Source: a bacterium
GTDB lineage: Bacteria; UBA10199; 2-02-FULL-44-16; DYJF01
Length of the DNA stretch: 63,017 nucleotides
Assembly (NCBI GenBank): GCA_041739675.1
Contig: JBGSNL010000037.1
Location: forward strand, 1-63,017
Direction: 5' to 3'
In this document: positions 36,268 through 45,248 of the stretch, piece after piece
Layout: each line of letters opens with the position of its first letter
How positions within the stretch are numbered: the stretch's first letter is position 1
The notes under the pieces: generated by a model
Told to the model about the DNA's origin: nothing
Database searches by the model: none
The model's input: the letters and a program-made list of their open reading frames with translations, nothing else
Made by a program: the position numbers and the translations under genes

Positions 36268-36476
36268 TTTATATTTTCCCAAACCGTTTTTGCCGGCCGC
36301 GCGAACCGACATCAGAGGATTGGGTTACAATGGGGGCATGATAAGTGTGGGTGGCGCGCATCACAAGGCGACGCGCGTCATCGTTTCTGACTAGACGCGT
36401 CGTCTATCTCTCCCCCTGACCACCCCCATCGGTGTCGCTCCGTGTGACAAAGCACCACGGACCCGCCCGTTGGCAC

Positions 36477-37088
36477 CTATACTTTTTCTTTTATGGGTTT
36501 TGTGCTGAGCATTATGACAAGATCGAAGTCGTCGGGCTGAACGTCTTTTAAAGGGATAACTTTGGAGCGCATTATCGCGCGGCACTTGATACATCTGTGG
36601 GCTATTATATATTCTTTGCGCGCCGCGGAGATGATGCCCAGGGGTTTCATCAGACCACGGCACGGATTTGCACGGTCGCCAACATGTACGTCGACATGTT
36701 TTGAATAGAGGCAAAACGGGCAATGGTTGCGCGGCGTGCCGCATGTTGTCGGTTTCACCTCGGCGCCGCAATTTCCGCAGACGAACCCCTCATTCACAAC
36801 TTTGAAAAGTTTAGTGGGCAGGTCTCTTGGTTTTCCCTTGAAGTGTTTTGCAAGCGAGAGCTTCTCTTTTCTTGTGAGATTCTTGATTCTTGCCTCTTCT
36901 TTAAGGGCCGCCGATCTGGATCCACACTCCTCCTTATATATGAACCTGCCTCGCCCGCGGCCTCTTGTATATTTGGCGCCGGTGGATTTATTGTGTTCTT
37001 CAAGCCGGCGGGCCGGATCGTTTGTGATACCGGTGTAGAGTGTAGCGTCGCCGCACCGCAAGATATAGACAAACCAAACCTTTTTCAT
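36477..37088 (-). CDS. GIY-YIG (UPF0213-type) nuclease fused to an RNHCP domain
   Basis: FVYILRC..LYTGITND..RRLEEHN..GAKYTR..ALKEEARIK, then FVCGNCG..RNHCPFCLYSKHVD..GDRA..C..HRCIKC. Confidence 0.85.
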   Translation of the reverse strand: MKKVWFVYILRCGDATLYTGITNDPARRLEEHNKSTGAKYTRGRGRGRFIYKEECGSRSAALKEEARIKNLTRKEKLSLAKHFKGKPRDLPTKLFKVVNEGFVCGNCGAEVKPTTCGTPRNHCPFCLYSKHVDVHVGDRANPCRGLMKPLGIISAARKEYIIAHRCIKCRAIMRSKVIPLKDVQPDDFDLVIMLSTKPIKEKV

Positions 37089-37229
37089 ATTTAGAAAGCG
37101 CGATTATACAGGCGCAAAATACTTTACAATCGTCTTTATTTATTGTGAAGAGTCAATATAATACAAAATATATTTAGCTACGAGATTAAATAACAGAGAC
37201 AAGGAACGGCAAGGGAGGAGAGGGCGGCG

Positions 37230-39200
37230 GTGGTTTTTGTATTGTTTTCTATAGTTATTTTGGCAATAAGCTCACTTGTTTCAACACTCTTTGATGATGA
37301 ATCAAAAAAAGCGGTCATTGCTTGCATAGGCACCTCTCTTGGTTCTCTTGTCGGTCTTTTTTCTATCCTACCCGTAAAATACTTGTCTGATGGCATAACA
37401 ATTCCAACAAATATTTCGCTTATATCGTTTTCATTTGGACTAGACGCCCTAAGTCAATTTTTTCTCATCGTTATTTTTTTGATTTCGTTATTGGTCGGTC
37501 TTTACGGTTTAGGTTATATAAAAGAGCAGAGAAAGTTTATTCGAACGTCCCCCTTTTTTCCGCTTTTGACAGCCTCGATGTCTGCAGTTGTTATATCAAG
37601 AGATGGTTTTTCCTTCCTGATTTGCTGGGAAATCATGTCTTTGGTTTCCTTTTTCCTGGTCACTTCAGAACATGAAAATAAAGATGTTCAAAAGGCGGGA
37701 TGGATATATTTGATCGCAACCCATCTGGCTACTTCCTTTTTGATGGTCTTTTTTGTGATTATGGCAAAGACAAGCGGTTCGCTTTTATTCAGCGATTTTG
37801 TTTCAAACCACTCATATTCACCCTTTTTAGCGGGTCTTTTGTTTATTTTTGCACTTGTAGGTTTTGGCACGAAGGCGGGTATCTTCCCCCTTCATATATG
37901 GCTTCCTCACGCACATCCTGCAGCGCCGAGCTACATTTCGGCAATCATGTCGGGTGTGATGATAAAAACAGGTATCTACGGAATCTTGAGGACGCTGACC
38001 TTTCTTGGCAGTCCACCTTTGTGGTGGGGTACTCTTCTCGTGATTATTGGTGTCTTGTCTGCAGTGCTTGGTGTCTTATACGCGCTGATGCAACACGATC
38101 TTAAACGTCTACTGGCTTATCACAGCGTTGAAAATATTGGAATAATAGTGACGGGAATCGGCGTCGGTCTGTTGGGGATTTCCAGCGGAAACGCCGTGGT
38201 AACGGTATTGGGTCTGGGGGGCGCGCTTTTCCATGTTTTAAATCACGCAATTTTTAAAGGCCTCTTGTTTCTATGTGCCGGAAGCGTGGCGCACGCCGTT
38301 CATTCCCTCATAATTGACAGGCTCGGAGGTCTTTTAAAGAAAATACCGGTTACGGGGGTCACCTTTCTTATTGCTTCCCTTGCGATCTGCGGCTTGCCGC
38401 CGTTTAACGGTTTTATAAGTGAATGGCTGATTTACGTGGGCCTCTTTAAAGGAGCCCAATCTTTTTACGGTTATCCTGTTTTGCTTTCCGCGGCCGGAAT
38501 TCTAGGCATTGCGTTTGCGGGAGGTCTTGCCGTCGCCTGTTTCACAAAGGTTTTTGGCGTTGTTTTTTTGGGAGAGGCCAGGAATGAAATTTCTGAAAAG
38601 TGCCATGAACCGTCATGTCTTTTGCTTGTTCCGATGATCTTTCTCGCAATATTGTGTCTTTCAATAGGCCTGTATCCATTGCCCGTTTGGACGATGCTCC
38701 TCAGCGCGGTTCAAACCATCTTCCCAAATTTACATATTATTGAGACCGGCTGGATTTTATCGTCATTACGTTTCATCGGCATCTTGTTCGCTGTCGTTCT
38801 TGTTTTTATTGCCCTTCTTTTATTTGTGCGAAGACTGATTTTTCGTACAAGACCGATCGACAAAACGGTTACATGGGACTGCGGCTACGCCTATCCAACT
38901 GTAAGAATGCAGTACACCGCGTCCTCATTTGCGGAGCCGATAGGCGCTTTTTTCAAACCTGTATTAAAACCACTGATCAATTTCGATAAATTGGGAGGGG
39001 TGTTTCCCAAACCGCAGAAGTTTGAAGAGCACATTTATGATATCGCGGAAAAGAGCATCTTTGATCCGATGTTCAAATACATCCGGGTTGTTCTTCTTTC
39101 GATAAAAAAAAGAAAAAAGAGCACAATTCAGAGTTATCTCTCGCTCATTTTTATCACATTAATAATCCTCTTCGTTTTGGAGGTATGGTTTGGAATTTAA
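37230..39200 (+). CDS. hyfB: Ehr/hydrogenase-4 antiporter-like subunit (HyfB-like)
   Basis: WEIMS, KAGIFPLHIWLPHAHPAAP, LLAYHSVENIG, TWDCGY. Confidence 0.85.
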   Translation: MVFVLFSIVILAISSLVSTLFDDESKKAVIACIGTSLGSLVGLFSILPVKYLSDGITIPTNISLISFSFGLDALSQFFLIVIFLISLLVGLYGLGYIKEQRKFIRTSPFFPLLTASMSAVVISRDGFSFLICWEIMSLVSFFLVTSEHENKDVQKAGWIYLIATHLATSFLMVFFVIMAKTSGSLLFSDFVSNHSYSPFLAGLLFIFALVGFGTKAGIFPLHIWLPHAHPAAPSYISAIMSGVMIKTGIYGILRTLTFLGSPPLWWGTLLVIIGVLSAVLGVLYALMQHDLKRLLAYHSVENIGIIVTGIGVGLLGISSGNAVVTVLGLGGALFHVLNHAIFKGLLFLCAGSVAHAVHSLIIDRLGGLLKKIPVTGVTFLIASLAICGLPPFNGFISEWLIYVGLFKGAQSFYGYPVLLSAAGILGIAFAGGLAVACFTKVFGVVFLGEARNEISEKCHEPSCLLLVPMIFLAILCLSIGLYPLPVWTMLLSAVQTIFPNLHIIETGWILSSLRFIGILFAVVLVFIALLLFVRRLIFRTRPIDKTVTWDCGYAYPTVRMQYTASSFAEPIGAFFKPVLKPLINFDKLGGVFPKPQKFEEHIYDIAEKSIFDPMFKYIRVVLLSIKKRKKSTIQSYLSLIFITLIILFVLEVWFGI

Positions 39201-40116
39201 GTTTTCCAATCTCATTCTACACATTTTCATGGTGCTCGTCGCGCCACCCTTTTTTATTGGGGTGATAAACAGGGTAAAGGCGATCGTTGCAGGCAGAAAA
39301 GGGGCCCCTCTTTTTCAGCTCTATTTTGACATATTTAAATTGCTGAGGAAGGGCGCTGTCTATAGCAAAAGCACATCCGTGTTGTTCCAAATAATACCGG
39401 TTGCGGTGCTGGCATCAATTATATGTGCGAGCTGTTTTGTCCCCCTTACGGGCATATCATTGATAGGTTTTTCAGGGGACACCATAATTTTTATATACTT
39501 GTTTGCGCTTGTAAGATTTTTGACGATAACAGCCGCAATGGATACGGCGTCAAGTTTTGAGGGCATGGGGGCGAGCCGGGAAGCGACGTTTGGGGCATTT
39601 TCCGAATTGACCTTTTTTACAGCGCTGGTTGCATTGGCGATTATTACCCAGTCGTTATCTGTCAACGGGATGCTTACGTGGAGTGGAAGCCGTTTCGTGG
39701 TCGAGCCGTCAATGATACTTCTTTTTTTCGCGTTTTCTTTCATCCTCCTGACCGAAAATTCGCGCATGCCCATTGACGATCCAAACACGCATCTCGAACT
39801 GACAATGATACATGAAGTGATGATCCTGGATTACAGCGGGCCCGATTTGGGAGTTGTTTTATACGGCGCCTCGATAAAACTCTTCATCTTCATGGCGTTC
39901 GCGGTTTTGCTTATTTCTCCGACCACGGGGCACAATTTATGGATCGGAAGCGGCATTTTAATGTTGAAAGTGTTATGCGCGGCAATTGTCATTGGAGTTG
40001 TTGAATCGGTAACTGCAAGAATAAGGTTTCTCAGAATTCCCCAAATGCTTATTGCCTCGTTTGTCTTGTCTTTGTTTGCGCTTCTGGTTGCGCTTTTTGG
40101 ACTGGGAAGATTATGA
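39190..40116 (+). CDS. hyfC: HyfC/HycD (NuoH-like) membrane subunit
   Basis: AGRKGAP, FEGMGASRE, ENSRMPIDDPNTHLELTMIHE. Confidence 0.85.
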   Translation: MEFKFSNLILHIFMVLVAPPFFIGVINRVKAIVAGRKGAPLFQLYFDIFKLLRKGAVYSKSTSVLFQIIPVAVLASIICASCFVPLTGISLIGFSGDTIIFIYLFALVRFLTITAAMDTASSFEGMGASREATFGAFSELTFFTALVALAIITQSLSVNGMLTWSGSRFVVEPSMILLFFAFSFILLTENSRMPIDDPNTHLELTMIHEVMILDYSGPDLGVVLYGASIKLFIFMAFAVLLISPTTGHNLWIGSGILMLKVLCAAIVIGVVESVTARIRFLRIPQMLIASFVLSLFALLVALFGLGRL

Positions 40117-40754
40117 ATTGGATCCTGATAGGCATCGTTCTTACCACTTTTATAGTCCTTGGCTCGTCGAGAATTGTGCCCCGAATAAAGGCGGTGGCGG
40201 TCCAGGGCGCACTTCTTTCGGTAATGCAATTTATAATGCGAGGGGCAAGATTCGATCTTCACGGCTCTTTTCTCCTTATAATAACGCTTGTCATAAAAAC
40301 GATTATCATACCCGTTCTCATTTTCAGAACCATTAAGGGGCTCTCCACAAATGTTGATAAAGAACCGATAATTGGGAACCACTTGCTCTCGTTGACGGCG
40401 GGTTTGATCGCCGTGTTCAGCTTTTCAAGCATAAAGGTATTTCCCATTATATCGGAACCCGGGATTTCTCCGTTTCTGGTGCCTTCAGCGCTGACAACCG
40501 TTCTCACGGGGTTTCTAATACTTGTCACCAAGGCCAAAGCTACGAATCAGGTGTTGGGATTTTTGGTTTTGGAAAACGGCATATTCACATTCGGAATGAC
40601 CATCATCTCGGAGTTTCCTATGATGGTTGAGATAGGCGTGCTGCTCGATCTTGTGGTCGGCGTATTTATTATGGGTATCATGATTTATCACATAAATAAA
40701 ACATTCGATAATATCGATACGAGGACCCTGTCGGTCCTGGGAGACGTTGAGTGA
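40113..40754 (+). CDS. hyfE: HyfE-like membrane subunit
   Basis: QVLGFLVLENG, VEIGVLLDL. Confidence 0.82.
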   Translation: MNWILIGIVLTTFIVLGSSRIVPRIKAVAVQGALLSVMQFIMRGARFDLHGSFLLIITLVIKTIIIPVLIFRTIKGLSTNVDKEPIIGNHLLSLTAGLIAVFSFSSIKVFPIISEPGISPFLVPSALTTVLTGFLILVTKAKATNQVLGFLVLENGIFTFGMTIISEFPMMVEIGVLLDLVVGVFIMGIMIYHINKTFDNIDTRTLSVLGDVE

Positions 40755-42181
40755 TATTGACTATCTTCGTCCCTTTATTTTTGGGAATCATAACGCTGTT
40801 TCTCAGGGACAACAAAAGAATCGGGGCACGCAGGACGCTTCTCATCACGGGCGCCTTGTTGCATAACGCAGGAACCATATCCATTTTGTTTTTTAACAAG
40901 TGGTTATCGTGGGCCCCCTATTTGCAGGTGGATGGCCTTGGGTTTATCTTCCTTATTTTAATCAGCATAATATTTACGGTCACTTCGTTTTACAGCCTGG
41001 GATATTTCACTCTGAAACGAAAATATGCCGAAAAAGAGTCGGGCGGCCACATTTATGTGTCATGCATGCTTTTTTTCCTCAGCGCCATGACATTGGCGGT
41101 TTCGACGACTCACATCGGAGTGCTGTGGATTGCCATTGAATCCACAACCCTTGCGTCGGCGCCGCTGATATATTACCACCAGAGCCGTCGATCGCTCGAG
41201 GCGGCGTGGAAATACCTTTTGATTTGCTCTGTCGGAATAGCAATTGCGCTATTGGGCCTCTTTTTTGTCGCGGCATCGGCCAGGGGAACGGGGGCCGAAC
41301 TCTCGCTTTCATCCCTTATCGGACACGCAAGAGAGCTCGATGTCAGACTGTTACGGATAGGTTTCATTCTTGTTTTGATCGGTTTCGGAACGAAGATGGG
41401 ACTTGCCCCTTTTCATAATTGGCTGCCGGACGCACACAGTGAGGCGCCGTCTCCGATCTCCGCTCTTTTGTCGGCAACGCTTCTCAATTGTGCGTTGTTG
41501 GGTATTATAAGATTTTATCAGATCTGTCTTGCGGCCGGGCTGGGAGCTTTTGCGAACCGGCTCATGATGGTTTTTGGATTGATCTCCCTTTTTATTTCCG
41601 CCGTCTTTATAACAAATCAGAAAGATTACAAACGCCTTCTCGCATATTCCAGCATCGAACACATGGGGATTATAACTCTCGGAATAGGTATCAGTGCAAA
41701 TTTTGCGAGCTTGCTTCACGTGGTGAGCCATTCTCTCACGAAGGCGTTATTGTTTCTTACGGCCGGAAACATCCTTCTTTTATACAGGACAAAATCGATT
41801 TCCGATGTCGGCGGACTTTTAAAGACGTCTCCCCAGACGGGCATTTTGTTTATTATCGGCGGTTTCGCAATAATCGGCTCGCCTCCTTTTTTGCCGTTTA
41901 TCAGCGAATTTTTAATTTTGCGCGACGGAATCAATGGGGGACATATTTTGGCCATGTCGCTTTATTTGCTTTTCTTGGGCATTATTTTTGTGTCGATGTC
42001 CATGGCAATTTTGAAAATGGTCCAGGGAAAACGGCGAGAAACGATTGCGGGCGATCTGCCCAAAATTGTTATCGTTCCCCAGGTTGTCCTGGCGGTTGCA
42101 ATTGTCATTATGGGTTTGTATCTCCCGCAATATGTGAGTGATATTATTCGGTCGGCAACGCGGCTCCTAACCACTCTATGA
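40751..42181 (+). CDS. hyfF: HyfF-like antiporter subunit
   Basis: ESTTLASAPL, EAAWKY, WLPDAHSEAP, LAYSSIEHMG. Confidence 0.85.
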   Translation: MILTIFVPLFLGIITLFLRDNKRIGARRTLLITGALLHNAGTISILFFNKWLSWAPYLQVDGLGFIFLILISIIFTVTSFYSLGYFTLKRKYAEKESGGHIYVSCMLFFLSAMTLAVSTTHIGVLWIAIESTTLASAPLIYYHQSRRSLEAAWKYLLICSVGIAIALLGLFFVAASARGTGAELSLSSLIGHARELDVRLLRIGFILVLIGFGTKMGLAPFHNWLPDAHSEAPSPISALLSATLLNCALLGIIRFYQICLAAGLGAFANRLMMVFGLISLFISAVFITNQKDYKRLLAYSSIEHMGIITLGIGISANFASLLHVVSHSLTKALLFLTAGNILLLYRTKSISDVGGLLKTSPQTGILFIIGGFAIIGSPPFLPFISEFLILRDGINGGHILAMSLYLLFLGIIFVSMSMAILKMVQGKRRETIAGDLPKIVIVPQVVLAVAIVIMGLYLPQYVSDIIRSATRLLTTL

Positions 42182-43644
42182 CGAAGAATTTTGCAGTTTT
42201 AAAGAACGCTAGGTTGTGCCGAAGAGATGACATTCCGATTCTCGATATCGATAATTGGAGAAACTCTATTGTAGATATGTGCAAGAGCCACGAGGGTAGA
42301 ATCGTATCCCTATTTGGGAATATGAAGAAAGGCGGCGGGGCCAGGCTCTACTCAATATTGGGCATCGATTCGAAAGGTGAACTCCGGATCGCCGCAACGG
42401 ATGTCGTCGGGAACGCGTATAATTCAATAACAAACGACCTCGTGCAGGCCCATCTTTTTGAGCGAGAAATATTTGAAAACATCGGTGTTGAGCCGACGGG
42501 GCACCCGTGGCTCAAACCCGTCAGAAAATCGTCCGGATACAATTATTATTCCCTGGAGGGAGATTCCATTCATGAGGTCGCCGTGGGGCCCGTTCATGCC
42601 GGCGTCATCGAGCCCGGGCATTTCCGTTTTCAATGTCACGGTGAAAAGGTGTTCAATTTGGAGATACACCTCGGTTATCAGCGGAGGGGTGTGGAGAACA
42701 TGATGATCTCCGCAAAACCCTCCTCAAGGAGGGTCCTCGCCGAATCTGTTGCCGGGGATAGCGTGATTGCCAACGGGCTTGCCTATTGTCACGCGGTTGA
42801 GGGGCTGGGATCCAGAGAAGTGACTCAACGCGCGAGGGTAATCAGGGCAATAAGTCTTGAGCTGGAACGAATTGCAAATCACGTCGGCGATTTGGGTGCC
42901 ATTGCAAATGATGTCGGTTTTTTGCCGGCAGCGTCGTATTTTGGAAGGATCAGGGCCGAATTTCTGAATCTGCTTTTGGAGCTTACCGGCAATCGTTTTG
43001 GGCGTTCTCTCTTAAGACCTGGCGGCGTCGCTTTTGATATCGATCCCGACATGGTGGAAAAATTCAAGCTGAGGATTACAAGGGGAGTGTCGGACGCGGT
43101 TGACACGGCAGAATTGATGTTTTCGAATCCTTCTGTTGTTGCACGACTTGAAAAGACCGGCATTGTGACTCATGATCAGGCGAAAGAGATAGGAATGGTG
43201 GGCGTTGCCGCAAGGGCAAGCGGTCTTGAACGGGATGCGCGCCGCAACTATCCTGCGGGAATGTATAGATTCAAAGAAATTGTAATTGCAAAATGCTCTT
43301 CGGGAGATGTTTTTGCGAGAACCCGCGTCAGGTATATCGAAATTAAAAAATCGGCCGATCTGATACTTGAGTTGCTCGGCAAAATGCCTGCAGAAAAGAT
43401 TTATCATCCCATTGAGGCCCTTGATAAATCATCAGTTGTTGTCAGCATTATTGAAGGTTGGCGCGGCGAGATCGTTCATGCCGCCATGACGAATGAAAAC
43501 GGCGAAATTTCATTTTACAAAATTGTCGATCCTTCCTTTCACAATTGGACGGGACTTGAATTGGCGCTGCGGAACGGACAAATCTCCGATTTTCCGCTTT
43601 GTAACAAGAGTTTTAATTTATCCTACGCGGGTTACGATTTATAA
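42178..43644 (+). CDS. hydrogenase-like large subunit (NuoC/D-type) lacking Ni-binding motifs (EhrL)
   Basis: ERE..GHPW, VGPVHAGVIEPGHFRF, EGWRGE, DPSFHNW; the L1 site reads ESVAGD and the L2 site reads NKSFNLSYAG, with no CxxC. Confidence 0.85.
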   Translation: MTKNFAVLKNARLCRRDDIPILDIDNWRNSIVDMCKSHEGRIVSLFGNMKKGGGARLYSILGIDSKGELRIAATDVVGNAYNSITNDLVQAHLFEREIFENIGVEPTGHPWLKPVRKSSGYNYYSLEGDSIHEVAVGPVHAGVIEPGHFRFQCHGEKVFNLEIHLGYQRRGVENMMISAKPSSRRVLAESVAGDSVIANGLAYCHAVEGLGSREVTQRARVIRAISLELERIANHVGDLGAIANDVGFLPAASYFGRIRAEFLNLLLELTGNRFGRSLLRPGGVAFDIDPDMVEKFKLRITRGVSDAVDTAELMFSNPSVVARLEKTGIVTHDQAKEIGMVGVAARASGLERDARRNYPAGMYRFKEIVIAKCSSGDVFARTRVRYIEIKKSADLILELLGKMPAEKIYHPIEALDKSSVVVSIIEGWRGEIVHAAMTNENGEISFYKIVDPSFHNWTGLELALRNGQISDFPLCNKSFNLSYAGYDL

Positions 43645-43647
43645 TTT

Positions 43648-44424
43648 ATGTTCAGAATACTGAGAACGCGAATAAAGCAGGGGCACCAGACGCTTGCATT
43701 TCCTCCCAAAAAGGAGATGCCGGAAAGATTTCGGGGACTGCCAAAGGTTTATCCTGAAAAATGCGATAATTGCCAACTTTGCACCAAGGTTTGTCCGACA
43801 AATGCAATTTCTCTTTCTCCTTTGACGCTTGATCTCGGAAAATGCGTTTTCTGCGAAGAGTGTGTCAGTTCCTGCCCGACGAAAGCGGTTGAATATTCCA
43901 AAACGCTGTGGATGTCAGCGGGCAAAAGAGACGACCTGCTTTTAGATGGTAAGGAGTTGAAACTTGCCGAGGCGCTTAATGAAAAAACGAGAAAATTGTT
44001 CAATCGGTCTTTGATGTTGCGGGTCGTGACTGCGGGGAGCTGCAATGGATGCGAAATGGAATTAAATGCAATCGGCAACATTCAGTTCGATATATCGCGC
44101 TTTGGTGTGCAAATTGTGGCGTCCCCCAGGCATGCAGACGGTCTCATAGTCACGGGACCGGTCACCGATAATATGAAGCTGGCTTTGGAAAAAACCTATG
44201 CAGCAGTGGCAAATCCCAAAATCGTCATTGCTGTCGGGGCCTGTGCCATTAGCGGCGGTCCGTTTGAAAATAGCAGCTGTGCGAATAAGGGTGCCGGATC
44301 GATCGTGCCCGTTGATCTCTACATCCCGGGTTGTCCGCCTCATCCGTTGACGATAATGGGTGGTATTTTGAGAATGTTAGGCCGGATTTCGGCGAACGGG
44401 AACCGACAGGTAAGCAAGGTTTGA
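43648..44424 (+). CDS. 2x[4Fe-4S] ferredoxin fused to a NuoB-like small subunit (EhrS)
   Basis: CDNCQLCTKVCP, CVFCEECVSSCP, GSCNGCE, SPRHAD, GACAISGG, IPGCPP. Confidence 0.88.
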   Translation: MFRILRTRIKQGHQTLAFPPKKEMPERFRGLPKVYPEKCDNCQLCTKVCPTNAISLSPLTLDLGKCVFCEECVSSCPTKAVEYSKTLWMSAGKRDDLLLDGKELKLAEALNEKTRKLFNRSLMLRVVTAGSCNGCEMELNAIGNIQFDISRFGVQIVASPRHADGLIVTGPVTDNMKLALEKTYAAVANPKIVIAVGACAISGGPFENSSCANKGAGSIVPVDLYIPGCPPHPLTIMGGILRMLGRISANGNRQVSKV

Positions 44425-44466
44425 TGCCGTCTTTACAGGCTTTACTAATCATGCTAGTTAAAAAAT

Positions 44467-44784
44467 ATGGTATCTGCCAAAAGAAAGGCTGCAATTGTAA
44501 AGGCCGTTAAAAAAAGAAGAAAAAGGGTTCGTGATATGGCAGTTGCCCATAAAGGCGGGAAATGCCAACTTTGCGGTTACAATAAATGCAGAGAATCGCT
44601 GGAATTTCACCATATTGTGAAGGATAAAAAAGGTTTTGGAATTTCAGAAAAAGGATATACGAGATCTTGGGCCGCAATAAAGTCGGAACTAGACAAATGC
44701 ATTTTGTTATGTGCAAATTGTCATCGTGAATGGCACGCGGGGCTGATTAATGAAGGCTCGCTCACGTTCTTTGTAAATATATAA
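44467..44784 (+). CDS. free-standing HNH endonuclease
   Basis: KGGKCQLCGYNKC..LEFHH...KCILLCANCHREWH Zn-finger HNH core; basic N-terminus. Confidence 0.85.
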   Translation: MVSAKRKAAIVKAVKKRRKRVRDMAVAHKGGKCQLCGYNKCRESLEFHHIVKDKKGFGISEKGYTRSWAAIKSELDKCILLCANCHREWHAGLINEGSLTFFVNI

Positions 44785-44792
44785 ATTTGTAT

Positions 44793-45121
44793 TCCGCAGT
44801 AGCTCAGTCGGTCAGAGCAGGTGACTGTCAAAAGGCAGCCTTCATTGGAAACAATGAAGTGGCAAGCGGGTGAATTCAGGGAAACCTGTCCCGAGCATTT
44901 TAAAAACTCGGCATGGCAATCCTGAGCCAAGCTCTCTGATGTAAAAGGCAGGGAGAAGGTGCAGAGACTAGGAGGTGACGAAAGAATAATCCTCCACCAG
45001 CGCCCGCCACCTAAGTTTTCGAAGTTTTGGGAAAATAGGGTGAAGAGATAGTCCACGCCGGCCGGAAACGGTTGGATCTCGTGTAATCACCGGGTCGGGG
45101 GTTCGAATCCCTCCTGCGGAG
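44793..45121 (+). tRNA. tRNA-Asn(GUU), intron-split; exons 44793-44828 and 45084-45121
   Basis: Joined exons give TCCGCAG-TAGCTCAGTCGGTCAGAGC-A-GGTGA-CTGT^TAA-TCACC-GGGTC-GGGGGTTCGAATCCCTC-CTGCGGA-G, a full cloverleaf. Confidence 0.9.
44829..45083 (+). ncRNA. group I self-splicing intron (IC-like), 255 nt, no ORF
   Basis: P1 CTGT^C-AAAA-GGCAG with U.G at the splice site; P GAATTCAGGGAAAC, Q AATCCTGAGCC, R GGTGCAGAGACTA, S AAGAGATAGTCC; P3 GCGGGTG/CGCCCGC; P7 GACTA/TAGTC; GAAA-capped P2 and P9; terminal G 45083. Confidence 0.9.
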
Positions 45122-45127
45122 CAAGAG

Positions 45128-45152
45128 AAACGGCCTTATAGGCCGTTTTTTT
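45128..45152 (+). terminator. intrinsic terminator after tRNA-Asn
   Basis: AAACGGCCT-tat-AGGCCGTTTTTTT. Confidence 0.85.
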
Positions 45153-45248
45153 GTTTTTACATGGCCATTAAAAATCGGGCTGGCCTGAATTTGCCGTTGA
45201 CGATCCCGCCAAAGTGCTGGTAAATGCGGAAAATATCAGGAGGTGCCT

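Noticed and set aside
42178-43644. Functional [NiFe] hydrogenase / formate hydrogenlyase call
   Set aside because: Both Ni-binding CxxC motifs are absent.
44820-44832. Reading the split tRNA as tRNA-Asp (GTC at the junction)
   Set aside because: C44829 is the first intron base, following the U.G pair; the 3' exon supplies T, giving GTT.
45002-45015. GCCCGCCACCTAAG as a fifth copy of the SD-adjacent hairpin
   Set aside because: It is the P3'/P8 segment of the intron and has no downstream GGCGGGC arm or SD.
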